From: Hydrolagus colliei
Lineage: Eukaryota
Reading direction: 5' to 3'
Assembly (NCBI GenBank): GCA_035084275.1
Contig: CM068757.1
Location: 9,858,001 to 9,922,000 of the forward strand
Length of the DNA: 64,000 bases
The notes beneath the pieces are model-generated. The model was given only the letters and a program-made list of their open reading frames with translations. It did no database searches and had not been told where the DNA came from. This document shows positions 48,266 through 61,616 of the stretch, in pieces (position 1 is the first letter of the stretch; the number at the start of each line of letters is the position of its first letter). The translations under genes were made by a program, and so were the position numbers.

Positions 48266-49134
48266 CTTTGGGAGAAATCAAAAACATCTGCAATCAGTTC
48301 TTCGTAAAGGGAACACATCTGTATTCATTTTAGAAACCTACAGCAGTGGAAATTCACAGTACATTAGGAGAGCCCACCACTGCGCTCTGAAAGAATTATC
48401 CATTTATTATAATAATCCTTGCATTTGAGAAGCACCTTGCATGTTAGAAGGATGTCACAAACGCTTCACAGAATATTACTGTAACGTGTGGTATAGTAAC
48501 TGGTTTAGCATCCACACCTCCTCCCTCCTCACATTCAAAGCCTGCTTCAAGACAAACCTCTAACTGCATTTTTGGCCAGTTTCCCTCCTCATCCTTTTTA
48601 AGTCCACCCCGGGCTCCCTCCTTACTACCCCCCCGCGCCCCCCCCCCCCCCCCCCCCCCTCCAAGGCTTGGGTGCTTAGCCAACAGTGTAAAGCACTTTG
48701 AGATGCCCTCTTGGCGTAAAAGGCAAGTAGATATAGCATATGTAGGCAAACGCTGCAGCCAATTTGTGCATGGCAATGTCGTAAAAGAAATGAATTGGCA
48801 ATCTATGCATTCTTTTAAGAGTGAATCAAATAAATAATAATCGCTGCATTTGATTATGGCACCTTTCATTTCAACAGAACATCTTAAAGCGCATGATTTC
48901 CTGTAGTAGAGCAGTGATTGTGTATTTGTAATGCTCAATAAAGTAGATTATTAAACTAAGGGGAACCAGTGGTATGGGATTAGTACATTAAAAATGATTA
49001 ATTTCTTCAATAAGATTTTGCTTCGGATCTTACTCAGGTCTTTGTCTCCAGGGGGGAACAGACCTAAGGCAGTTGCTGCCATTAGCAAAGAGGCAACCAG
49101 TTGTGCTAAGGAATAAGAAACACTGGCTACTTAC

Positions 49135-49175
49135 TGTAAGGACTGCCGCAATGGGTATTGCTGCATTCATGAAAA
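49135..49175 (-). CDS. ABCC8: SUR1 exon 11: FMNAAIPIAAVLT
   Basis: 41 nt, AG/GTAAGT. Confidence 0.95.
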
Positions 49176-50586
49176 CTGCAAATAAAAGGAGAAATTCATG
49201 AATGAAGTGGAACCAGCCCAATCCTATCTGATCTAGAAAATATTGTTTGACAAAAGATTAGACAATAGTTTATTCTGACTGTGTGGCTTCAATGTTATGA
49301 GTGCAGATTTATCACTGGTTCCATGGAAGGTCTTGAGCTTATTCAAGTGTCTAATTTCCATTATGTGTTGTGTGTAGTTGATGAATTTAAGCAATGTAGT
49401 ATATAAGAAGATTAATAGTTTAATAGTTTGTGTTTTATGTAGTGGAAATTTTATGTAATATGTACATAATAAATGTATAAAATACATGTAAGAGCAAATA
49501 ATTCCTGATAATCTGCTGCTTTAAAACACACTGGAAATGCTACATTATGATAGTGAAGTTAGTTCAGTTGCTATGTAACTATCAGATTTACTGTCCCCAT
49601 TATCTTTATTACAGTACAGTACAACACAAGCCTCGCAAAACAAAGAATAAAATAAAACCACAGATGAAATTTTACAACACTTAATAAACAGCTGGCTGTA
49701 CATTAAAGCAATGCAGCTCTAGTCTTCAGAGACTACAATAGGGACCTAACTTCTGTTCCATTGGAGACACTACCCCACTTGAAGGGTGCAATATAAATGC
49801 AAGTTGTTGTTCATGGATCTTTTAACACACTTTCAGCAACTTGCCTCTCCTATATCAGTGGTAGGGTTCCTCAAAGAACTTTCAGACTGAAATGTTGCTG
49901 GGAAGAAATGACAAGGAGTAAAAAATGAAGGGGCGAAACCCTAACCGAGAGTTGACCTGGGCTGACAACATGTTTTGTTTTCCTGGTGTCTTACTAGTTT
50001 TACTACTTTATTTACTAGTGTCATACAACCAGGTTATATTACTCAAGTCACCTAACAGATGAGATTACAATGATCATGACGTGTTGGGTCTCCAGACTGG
50101 ATCTCATCCAGTAACCCACGTGGATTGAGGACATCTTATTTTTGGAGCATGAGCAATTGGGAAGTGGGTGCAAGAAATTAATGGAAAATGGGGATAGGAT
50201 GTAGAGTGAGCTGAGAAATAGTGAATTTAGAAATTTTAGGTTCTATAACTTGTGGTTTCCTCCTGGATCTTGGTTTCTTTCCATTGGTTTCCAGTCTGTT
50301 GGGAGAAGTGGGTGAGGCAACAAACACAAAAACAATTATGTATTGATGTAGAACCTTTCACACAGTGGGACATCTCAAAATTCATTACAAAATTGAGAGG
50401 GAGTGCAGGTTTGGGGGTGGTGGGGGGAGGGTAAAGAGAAAGAGAGGGAGCTCAGAAAACACAACATTTTAGAAAATTTGCTAAGAGACCATGAACCAAC
50501 TCGCTTTAATCCTGAAGAGAGGAAATACACTAAGTGACTAATGTCTTCAAGCTGAATGCCAGTTTGTGGCATTCAGAAAATGTTAC

Positions 50587-50749
50587 TTGATATGGAGGTG
50601 TAGAGAGCGAAGGACTTGAGGCTAGTCAGCTCCTTGCGCCGTGTCTCCTCTACACTGCTGTGGAAGATGTGCTCCCAGGCATATAGCTTGAGGACTTTGA
50701 TCCCACGCAGCATCTCGTTGGTTTTCCTTAGTCGCTCACTTGAATATTC
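50587..50749 (-). CDS. ABCC8: SUR1 exon 10: [18 protein letters not shown]...YTSIS
   Basis: 163 nt, AG/GTAACA. Confidence 0.95.
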
Positions 50750-51379
50750 CTGTGGGAGTGAGAAAAAAGAGCAACCAGTCTGAAGACAGGCTAAGGTATC
50801 TCAGGACCATCTCACCTCGCAGTCAGCCACTCCATATTGGAACACATACACAAATACTTCAACTCCAGCAAGTTCCTTATGCTGGTTAGATTTTCTGGTC
50901 CTTGCAAAACCAAACTACACAGCACTTGGTTTCTTCTTTCCAGAATTGTAACAAAGTACGCAGGGTATTATTTCTATCTTGATGACTTGGTCAAGGTGCA
51001 ACTTGGAATAAATCTAGAGAAAACCTCCTTCAGCTCTGCTTGAATGTGCTTGAACATGACAGCAGAAGAGAGCATTGTGGTTGGAGTACCACATGTTTTG
51101 TGCTACAAAGGAATGTTGGATCAATATAAGGGATGGACATAGCAGAGGCTATATTACTATGGACAGATGGAAGGATTGGCAGGCGAACTCGCTCAAGTGG
51201 CTCAGGTGGTCACTGAAAAAGTGTAGCATAAGGTGATGGTTAACTGTAGAGCTTCCCTCATCTTGGGAATGTGGCTTGGGGTAAATAATAAAGGATGAAA
51301 AAATGTAAATCTAGTAAACAGGATTTTCTGGCAAAAAGCACAAAAATTGGAGATCAATATCAATTTAAGAGGTACTTAC

Positions 51380-51514
51380 CAATGTGCTTCTTTGGGCCTG
51401 AGAAAGCTTAGTTGCTACAAAATATTGAACTGGGGCCAGTACTGCAATCACTGTTGCTCCAATTAAGGCACTAATTCCAAGGAGGTAGTACAGAAGGATC
51501 ACACCCACGATGAT
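51380..51514 (-). CDS. ABCC8: SUR1 exon 9: [10 protein letters not shown]...AQRSTL
   Basis: 135 nt, AG/GTAAGT. Confidence 0.95.
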
Positions 51515-54500
51515 CTGGTACAACAGAGAATGACAATTCATACTGGATCCACTGTGTCCCATTAAACATAGAATTTGTAGAATTTTGCAATACTGCTATC
51601 TCGATAGGTTATAAACCTTTCATAACCTGCTGAGATAAAACTATGGTTTGTTTTTTCATCTGCCAGGTCTGAGACATGCGGAAACCCAGAATTCGATACA
51701 TCCCACCTATCCCATGGAAATCCCTGAGTAGATCTTTGGAATGGAATGCACACTCTCCCATATGGCCCCCACATGGGCTTGCTACCTGGGAAGCAGAAGT
51801 AATCAAACAAGCTAGAAAAATAATTAAAATCATGGACGTTAATGGTTTGGCCCCAGAACCTGCCTGTGTTGAAAACAACAAAAAAATTACATTTACAGAG
51901 TGCCTTTCATATCGTGAGGCTGTCCCAAGGAGGTGAAAAAGCACAGACTTTTAAAAAAGTGATTGAAAACTTCAGAAATAGTTTGTGTCTTGGGTTGTGG
52001 AATCTGAGAGACGGAGAAAGGAGGGGAGTGGCAAGCTGCAAAGGAGAATCTTTCCATTGCAAAGTTGACACTGTGTAATTGTGATATGTACCATGTATAG
52101 TTGACCTGCGTATTGGCCCATGTTATACTTTATGCTTGAATCTGATCAATCCAATTTAAATAATTCAAAAAAAGATGCCTGGTGGGTACGATATGACCTC
52201 TTAGTTGATAAGCTGATTGATATAATTGTTCTTTGCCAGGCCCACTTCCCCTTCACAGTTGGTAAGGAGGGAGATGGGGTACAGCCTTGATTCCTGCTCC
52301 TGATTGCAATGCAGTGACCTCTGCTGGAAAGAGTGTATGTATACATCAGGCAAGAACAGGAGCCCCCCCAAATAATAAGGCGCTACATCAAATTCAAGCT
52401 TTATTTTATATATACTATACAGTACTACTGATTTACAAAAAACTCCAAGTTTAAAAACTTTTTCATAATTGAATGCTGCAATCCAGATTAAATGTATGAA
52501 AAATGGTCCAAACAACAACAATATAATGACACCTATAGAGTACGTTTTGCGTTGGGAGGACCTCCCAAATCATCATTGTTATTATAAAAGTTATGATGTT
52601 GAATAGTCCTGAGCTGAGTCCTGCCTCAGAGGGTTGAGTGTTCAAGACTTGCATTGACTGCATGCCTTACAAGTGTGGGAAAAGGGCAGATAAATGGAAC
52701 TGAAAGGATTGCTCTTAAAAGAGCCAGCACAGACACAAAGCTGAATGGCCTTCTTCATTTATGTAAATTGCTATGGTTCTATGTTTCTAGGTCAGGCATT
52801 TCAAGTAAAGACATTTCCTTAACCTCTCGGTTTCCACTTTGGGGCAATTATCTTAAAATTGTGTACAATTATGGGAATATATGTCACAGAGGTTTATTGA
52901 GTGTCTTCCTCACACGCATTTATAATACTGCTGAACAACTTACAGTTGTATTAGCACCAATTATGTAAATTGAACATCTAGAAGCAGTTAAATGTCATAT
53001 GGGAGTTAAATATGATATGGTACTCCGAGCAGGGAAAGTTAATCAACTAACAGCTTGCTTTAAAGGACATGTTTTATGGAGAGTTGTGAAAGCATAGAGA
53101 GGGGAATAATAGAAGAGAATTCCAGATGGCAGTGGTGTGGTGACTGAAGGTTTGACTGGTGGAGGCAATTAGCCATGGCTAATTGGCAAAAAACAGTTCA
53201 ATGGGGAGATTACTGCTCAATCTCTCTTGTACATCAGTTCCTGATCCAGAATAATTCTATTGTCACCTACCAATACACAGTTACTACACTTTATTGTAAA
53301 GAGCTTTAGGAATCAAGAGTGCCAGACTGCCATGGGATCTTTGTTGGCAATTCTCTGCCCATAAACAGCATTAATACCAAATGAAATTAGTATTATTATT
53401 ATTATTTATCACAACAGCCAATACACATTCATCCAATAGGAGGGCAGTGGGTCGAGAGAAATGAACTGAGGCTGCCAGAGTTAATTGTCATCCAGAATGT
53501 TAACTACTAGCTGGAGTAGATTCTGTTGCCTGAGGCACACTTGAATGGTTTGCTGTCAGAGCTGTGAAGAGATTTTACAATAATGCCATGTACTGCCTTG
53601 CTTCAGTCCAACACAGAAAATGATCAGCATTAAATGATCATCAAAATGTTCTTTCAGTAATTACAACCCAGCATGAAAGATTCCTCTAGTCAAACTTTCC
53701 TCTTCTAGTGTGATAGCTGTCCCCTCGCTAACCCTCGAATCACTTCCTGGCAAGTCTTTCCTTTGTGACTTCTTTATTGTAGTCATTGTTCCTTTGGATT
53801 CTTCCTCCTCATCGCCACATACTCTGTTTTGTACAATGTATTTAAGAGAAAGCATGATGCATATATGCGGAAGTAAGGAATAGAAAAGGTATGGTGGAGG
53901 GGATTAGGCTAAAGTGGAATATGAACATGCCTAGTGGTCCCAATGATCTGTTTCTCTAGTGCAACTCTAGGTCTGTGTAAGATTGCTTCTAACTGTGCTG
54001 AAATTAATATTCAATACATTGGCTCCTGCTTTCCCAGGACCTTCAGACCCTGGAGCTCATATCACTATTTTCTTTTCCTTCCACATTCTGCAACCATTTT
54101 GTGCTCATATGAGAGGCTGGGCAGTGAAGGTTGACCATCCATTTGGGGTCCCAGACAAGCTTGATTCTGTCCTCACCAACAGCACAAACAAATGCATCTG
54201 AGACAGTTATTAGGAACAGGACACCTAGTTCAATGTCCCACAAACAGCCATGAAGGGAAGACCAGTCTATTTTTTTAAATAAAGCTGTTGGGTTAAGATT
54301 CACTGGGAGATAATAATAACACTGATTCAGTGGGAGATACTGTATGAAATCTGTACTACTGATACTAATAGGGTTAAATGACTTTGTCCCACAAACTCCA
54401 TCTCTGAATCAGAGTACAGTATATCAGCAGGAAATAATCAATAACTAGGTGCATTGAAAGATAAATGGAGACAAGGCAATACCTTGCGGTCCGTCACTGT

Positions 54501-56456
54501 TATTATTCTTCCACAACAGGAAGTTATTGTGCAAGATTGCAGGTCGGTGCCAAGTTCCCATACATGTGTGATCCATGACAGATACTAAGCTGCTTTGTCA
54601 TTGTTGCCAAAATGGAACATCTGTCACATTCAAGTGATGAATAGTAGGGGCTTCACGCCCAGAGAACTGAAAGTCACTTAATATCATCATAATTTTCACT
54701 ATTAAAATTCCACACAAACCATTACAAAGATTCTTGATTGGAGCCAAGAAAATAAAGAGACGCCGAAACAGACACAATAACAATAGAAATAACCCTTGAA
54801 TTGCGTCTCACAGAATATATTGTAAAATGGATTGACTATATTTTGTGGACAAAATACAACAGGCATTTGCACACAGCAGCATGTCACAAACAGTCATGGA
54901 TTGAGTAACCAATTGTATTTAATTTGAAGGGATTATTATGCTCGGAAAGCGATACCTCAATCGAGTAACAACCATGTTTCTGCTTACTGTTAGGTTATCA
55001 GAGACATATGGAGTAAAGAGACTTGCCTAAGGTAACAGCCTTGCTCAGTTGGTAACACACTCCAAAGAATATTGGTTCAAGCTCAACATTCCTTGAATGC
55101 AAACCATTTCATCTTTAACATACAAATGATAATTAATTCTTAAATTTCAGCTGGTGCGTGCATATCAGTTCTGTGGCAATAGCGGTTTAAAAGTTAATAC
55201 CTCTTCTCAGTGTTATTCAACTAACTCCCCTTTGCCTGCTCTCAATCACTTTCAAGTACATAAGATATGCTGTTTGTCAATGATAAGAGTGGCTTTCACA
55301 AACAATTCTTTTCAAATATTTCAATTCTTTTGAAATAAATTGCCCAACATGTTTATTTCATACCAGTGCCTGTTCTGCTTCTGAGCTTCACTCAATCACA
55401 GAGTGATTACATCTCTCTCGCACAAAACACACACTCACCCATATACTGCTGCTCAGATGTTCAAAACAAGCTGTAGATGGGGATAATGAAATGCTATTAA
55501 AGGGCCCTACGATAACATTAGTAGGATACAGACAAGACAGATACAATCCTGTAGAGTATTTATCTCATAATTGAGAGGACCTGGGTTCAATTCCCGGGCA
55601 GAATGAAACATTAGACAAGTTTCCTTACTCCACACTATTTATTTAGCAGTAAGTAGGAACCCATTTATTAGTTGATTGGCTGGTCACTTTTCCAGTGGTA
55701 ATAATCCCTCCCAAAAAAAAGGATTACTCAATCAATGACTTTGATTTTCACCCACTTTTCAGTGCAAGCTGTGAAGCGTTTTGACATATCACAAAAGTGC
55801 CAGCTAAACCCCAAACTGGCTGCCATGTATGCTTACAAACACAGTCGCTTCACTTTGCAGTAAATCCTGTGAAGAGCTTTGAGAGTTTGACAACATGATA
55901 AGGCACTATATCAAATGCAAAGATTATTATTATTACTTCAGCACTTACAGGATAAGTTCAGTAACCTGAGTTTTACACTTTTGTCATCTCTGCCTCTTAG
56001 CAATTTAAATGCTTTGTTCATGTCCTCCTTATTTGTCTTTTTCTATGAAAAAGGTTCAGTCCCTCACATCTCTTAGAACAATACGCAGAGGGAGAGGTTA
56101 CAGAGGACAAGGATATAATTAGTGGCTGAAGTTGATACATGACAGAATGAGTCAATAAAAAAAGGGGGAGGGATGGGGAGGGCGACAAAGAGACTGGGAC
56201 ACAAGATAATAATTTGTACACAGTAAGTGCATGTTCTGAGAATTTAATAATCATTGTTGCATTGCGCACAGAAATATAAATGTAGCTTAGTGAGATTCAC
56301 CAATACAGTCAAAGACTAGAAGTACTAAACATGTTATGATAATTCTGCCCATAAACGGTGGCATGAAGAATCAAATCAGTCCCTTGGGTGTCAAGGTTCT
56401 GTAGTCTACCTTACACTAAAAAAGCCATGTTGTAGGTAGAATGGGAGATATTATCT

Positions 56457-56616
56457 AAACAAAACACAAAATATTACAGATGCTGGGAATCTGAAACAAA
56501 AACAGAAGTTGCTGGGGAAACTCAGAAGGTTGTAGACCCGAAAGGTTGACTCATTTTCCTTTCTCCATGGATGCTGCCTGATCTGCTGAGTTTCCCCAGC
56601 AACTTCTGTTTTTGTG
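56457..56616 (-). mobile_element. Palindromic short element, copy 3 (opposite orientation)
   Basis: 30-bp arms. TSD tgggagatattatct at 56442-56456 and 56617-56631. Confidence 0.85.
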
Positions 56617-57885
56617 TGGGAGATATTATCTGTTGCCTCCAAATCAATGAAAACCCAGTGCCAGCCAAGTGATGCTCAATACAGCAATTTCAGAACTGAG
56701 GGCTGGACAGCTCCAATTCAGCTCCTAGGCTGGTTCAAAGCTACCATTCTGCTTAACAACAACAAAATTACACTTGTATAGTGCCTTTCACGTCAGGAGG
56801 ACGTCTCAATAATAAATGATAAAAAATAAATTAAAAATCATCCACGTTGATAACGTGCTTGATATAGCACATTATCAAGTTATTAAGATGTTTCAAAAGA
56901 CTTCACAGTTATAATGATAATTTCTGCATTTTGATATAGCACTTTTCACATCTTCTAGAGGTCTCAAAGAATACACTTTACCATATAGTCTGTGAAGCGC
57001 TTTGAGACGTCCGGTAGAGTGGAATATCAAATGCAAGGATTATTATTATACAATAAATCACTGTATTAATATACTGCCTTCCATGTCAAGAGGATGTCAC
57101 ATTGGGACTCGTGAGTGTGCAATCGAGGCTAACGCTGCATTACATTGCTGGTCCAGACTTTCAAAGCCCTCCATGGCTTTGCTTCCCACCTGCCTTGTGA
57201 CCTCCTAACTGCCTACCAACTTGCCTGCTTCCTCTACTCAGTGGGTTCCAGCTTGCTTCATGTTCCCCACCTCACCACCGCCAGCCTTCAGCCACCCTGC
57301 CTCTATAACTTCATCCTGCCTTGCTGCTTCTTTTGCCTCCTTCAAGACCCATTTCAAGATCCTCCTCTTCGACCGTGCCTTCAGTCACACTCTTTTTCCC
57401 CGCTTGCTCTCCACTCTCCCTGATCTCGACCTCCAGCTTAGTCTGAAACAGTGATTGTACAGTACCTTGGGACCTCCTCCCGACATTAAATCCACTATAC
57501 AAATGTAATTTTGTTGTTGGGGGTATGCATCTGCAATTACTGGAGGTGCCATCCTTTGGATGAGAGTTTAAACTGAAGTACCACTGAAGGTTGATGTGGA
57601 TATAAAGATTCTATGGCACTATTGGAAAGCACAAGAGAATTTATTTCCCAATGTCCTGACCAACAACCCGCAAGATAATACTGGTCATTCCCTTCATGGC
57701 TGTTTGTGGGTTACGGCTGTGTACAAATTAGCTGCTGCATTTGCCAACTGAAAAGAAAAATCCATCACTACAATAAATGCTGTGAAGTATTTGGAGACAG
57801 TCTCCTGATGTTAAAGGCAATCTGCCAAATGGAAGGATTATTCTGATATTCATGGGAGGGAGATTGGTTTTTATCAAACACTTAC

Positions 57886-58041
57886 CTGCACTGGCATGGC
57901 CCACAGGTTAGGAGAGAGAAAGAAAAACCACATCAGCTGGTTTGTATCTATGGCTACCAAGTTGCAGATCTGCCCCATTGTCATTTCCCCCATGGACATG
58001 TTTGAGGTCGACAGACGGAGAATCTTGTTGTAGATTTTTGT
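57886..58041 (-). CDS. ABCC8: SUR1 exon 8: [10 protein letters not shown]...WAMPVQ
   Basis: 156 nt, AG/GTAAGT. Confidence 0.95.
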
Positions 58042-59044
58042 CTGAAATTTAAATAAAATAGTTGAGAATCGCAATCTTGCTCACAATTTCACCAAGGTAA
58101 GCGACCTGTATACTGTGTATAGAACATATGCAATTTCTCAGTAATAAGCATCTAATAATAATCCCTAAAAAAAACAATAATAATTTGGTCACTTCAATCC
58201 ACGACTGTTTGTGGGACACTGCTGTGCGCAATTGGCTGCAGTGCTTCACCCACAAATGTACAGGTAATTCAATGTACAGTATATTCTGTGAAGCGCTTTG
58301 AGACATCTAGAAAGAAGATGTGAAAAAGTGCTATATCAAATGCAAGGATTATTATCATTAGCTAGAGAGAACCCAGCTCCAACTATGCCCATTTACTGCA
58401 ATAATATTGCTTTTCTGATTCAGCATTCAGTGTTGACAAGAGGCTGCAGGTAAGTAGTGGAGATGCAAAGGAACTGGAGTAAAGCCAAACTTAAACTAGT
58501 TGGGATGGTGCAATGATTTTGTGAATTGTCCTCACACACAGTTACAGCAAGGACATTGCAGCCACATGAACTGTGACAATGCAAGGCTAACAACCTTCAT
58601 TTATGAAGCTGCAGAGGTGCATTATTCACACAATGGAGGTAATTCTAGAATTACCTTCAATGGAATAGAACAGTAAACTCACCTTCTTAATATTGTGTAG
58701 ATTTGTATGGAAAAAGTTTATTTCACGTCTCAATTTTACTGGGTAATTAACTGATACCACTCAGTCTGTGTCTGATAGATTGACATGCAATGCAAAATTA
58801 CATTTGTATAGCACCTTTCACACCAAGAGGACATCCCAAAGCAAAGTACTCAGTCAAACCACCTTTTACAGTATATCCTGTGAAGTGATTTGAGATGTCC
58901 CCATGACACAATAAGGCTCTTTATCAAATGCAATGATTATTATTATTTTCCAAATCTATGAGAAAGTAATTTGTAATTCTCTCACTAGGGGTTTCTGGGG
59001 CTCACAATTCCATGCAGTCTCAGCCCATTATGGAATCATTCAGG

Positions 59045-59345
59045 TAATAATAATCCTTGCATTCGACATAGCACTTTTCATATCTTCTAGACGCCTCAAA
59101 ACGCTTCACAGAATATCCTGTAAAGTGAATTGACTATATTTGTTGGTGAAACGTCGTGCCCAATTGCACACAGTAGTATCCCACAAAGTCATAGATTGAA
59201 ATGACTAATTTATTATTGGGGGGTTTTCCTCGAGGGATTATTATCAGGCTTGTGGTATAAGGAAACATGCCCAAGTTTTCACCCTGCCTGGAATCGAACC
59301 CACGCCTCTTACTTGCAAGGTGCAATGCTCTAACCACAGAGCTAC
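59045..59345 (-). mobile_element. Full-length tRNA(Ala)-derived SINE
   Basis: Head GTAGCTCTGTGGTTAGAGCATTGCACCTTGCAAGTAAGAGGCGTGGGTTCGATTCC, Deu core, (TTA)n tail. Confidence 0.9.
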
Positions 59346-60326
59346 AAGGACTCCAAAGATCTTTTAAAAGAGATCTGGAAAATCAACTTCCAAAATGAGG
59401 CTGCATATTCCTATTGATCTTTTTTTACATAATGTCGGTAACTTCAATCCATATAAATCTCAACACTGCCTTAAAAGGAGGAAATTAAAATGGATGGAAT
59501 AACGTGGGGTTTTGAAACAGCTTCCAAATATAAAAGGCACCAAATCAAATGTTAGGATTATTATTATTATTTCAGACGTTTAAGGCTTGTGTTCACTTAA
59601 TCACAAGGAACCAAAAGTGGTGTCAAGTTCAGCAGTAGGTCATGCGGATTTTACTATTTCTCCAACAAGCTCAAACCACTTGGTTCAGGAAAAGGCACAG
59701 TAATTAATACCAGGTTCAGGTACAAACTTTGACATTGTTAAATTGAAAGCTACTGAGGTTAGAGATCCTCATTTTCCATCGGGTTGTCCTAAAATAAGCT
59801 CATTTACAATCAGCTCAGTCTATCATCCTCAATTTGATCACTTCAACAGAACAAAATCTAATTGCCTCTCAAATTGGTTGATGTAATGTAATCTGCCTGA
59901 ACCCACCTTCCTGGATAGTCAATTCTGCATGCTCCCCACTCTCTCTGCAAGGTTATTAGATCTAGAGCGTCTCTTCTCTTCCCCTGAGCTTTGGTACCTC
60001 TCCTTGTTACAGAACCATTGCTTGCCAAGATATCTGCAGTTCTTTAAGAAAAGAATGTACATGGTGGTACCTTTTTCAGCACTCAAGCCTGGCTCAGTGG
60101 CAAGCTTCTGCTGGCTTGCAGATTTAGTAGGATGATTAGTAGGGTTAAAAGCTCAGATATGAAAAGTGTGCTTTGACAAGCAGCACTGCAGAGCTGGTAG
60201 AAGGAAAATGAAGGAGTCAAAATGCTTCAACTGAAAGGGAACAAAAGAGACCAATTGGCAGAAGCCACCCCAAGAGGAAATATCTTAGCAACATGACAAA
60301 CCCTAGCCTGAGAAATTAATCAGTAC

Positions 60327-60491
60327 CTGGATGGCTCCTCGTAGGTTAATTCCAGTTTCTATGGCAACATAGTATGATGCCTGGAGAAATGTCCTTTGGA
60401 GAAGCAGGGCCAGAAATAGAAGGACAGCAAGGACGTAGGCATTGGCGAGGAATTCCTGGGATGAAATGAAGTAAACTCCCAACAGTCTGAC
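60327..60491 (-). CDS. ABCC8: SUR1 exon 7: [14 protein letters not shown]...GAIQ
   Basis: 165 nt, AG/GTACTG. Confidence 0.95.
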
Positions 60492-61427
60492 CTGTGAAGG
60501 AAGAGCAGAGGCTGTGAGGGACGCATCATTTTCACAGTACAAAATATAATTTTAGATATTTTGGTATTCAATACTGGTTAGCACCAAAGGAGGTCATTTT
60601 GCCAACTGCAAATCCCAAGTCAACTCACAGGGACAGTCTGGGAACCCAAACTATCCGCTTTGTTGTATCGAAGACTACTTACAACAACACAATCTTCAAA
60701 TCCACATGCAATTCAAACTTCCAAATTGGAAACTAATCCCTATTCTATCTTCTGTAAAGGCCTTTGCTGCAAAATGTCAGGCTGACTAAGCTGGCTACAA
60801 GTGCTTTTCATGACAGCAATCATTTTGTTCCCACAGTACAATGGAAACTTATAACAGCCTTGACCTTTCTCTTCTTTAGATTGAAACAAGATATGCAGTT
60901 CCAAAACATCACAACAACAACTTCGATTTATATAGCGCCCTCCACACCGGACAGCTGAGAAGGGTTGACAATAGAGGATCGTGGGAGCGAGCAAGGGGCA
61001 GGGGTAGAAAGGTGATCAAAGGCGAAGAGAAATGTCTTCAGCTGGGACCTGAAGCTGAGAAAAGAGGATCGAGGCGAAGGTAGTGAGGAAGGGAATTCCA
61101 GAGCCTCGGGGCATAGTGGCTGAAGGCATGGCCACCGAGGGTGGAGCAGAGGATTCGGGGTCATGGAGGAGGCTAGACCCAGTGGAGCAAAGGCAACAGG
61201 AGCTGGTTTGAGGAGAGGAATTTCAAGGCAGGTAGAGGTGAGACAGAAAAGCAAAGCGGGAATTCCAGAGGTTGGATGTGGTTCAGATGAAGGTTCAGCC
61301 ACCACAGGTATCGAACTGAAGAGCGGGGTAGGAGAAGATCACTGTGGTAGAGCGGTGCTAGCATGAAGAGATTTACAGGCCAGGGGAAGGACCTTAAAGT
61401 TGAGAGATAGCTTGAGGCCTGCTATAC

Positions 61428-61616
61428 CTGAGGTCGGAAGGTATTGTTTTCATCGCTCAGGTGATGTACAATCCCAGAGATGCACAGTGGGCCTGCGAAT
61501 CCCAGTAAGTCGGCCAGGATGCGGAATGTACTGCTGAGGACAATGGGACGTCCAAATGCCTGCCGTAGCACTCGCCAAATCAGTTTGGAGCCTTGGGGGC
61601 TAGTGGAGGTCTTCTT
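61428..61616 (-). CDS. ABCC8: SUR1 exon 6: [10 protein letters not shown]...[18 protein letters not shown]...RPQ
   Basis: 189 nt, AG/GTATAG; not listed in the ORF track. Confidence 0.95.
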
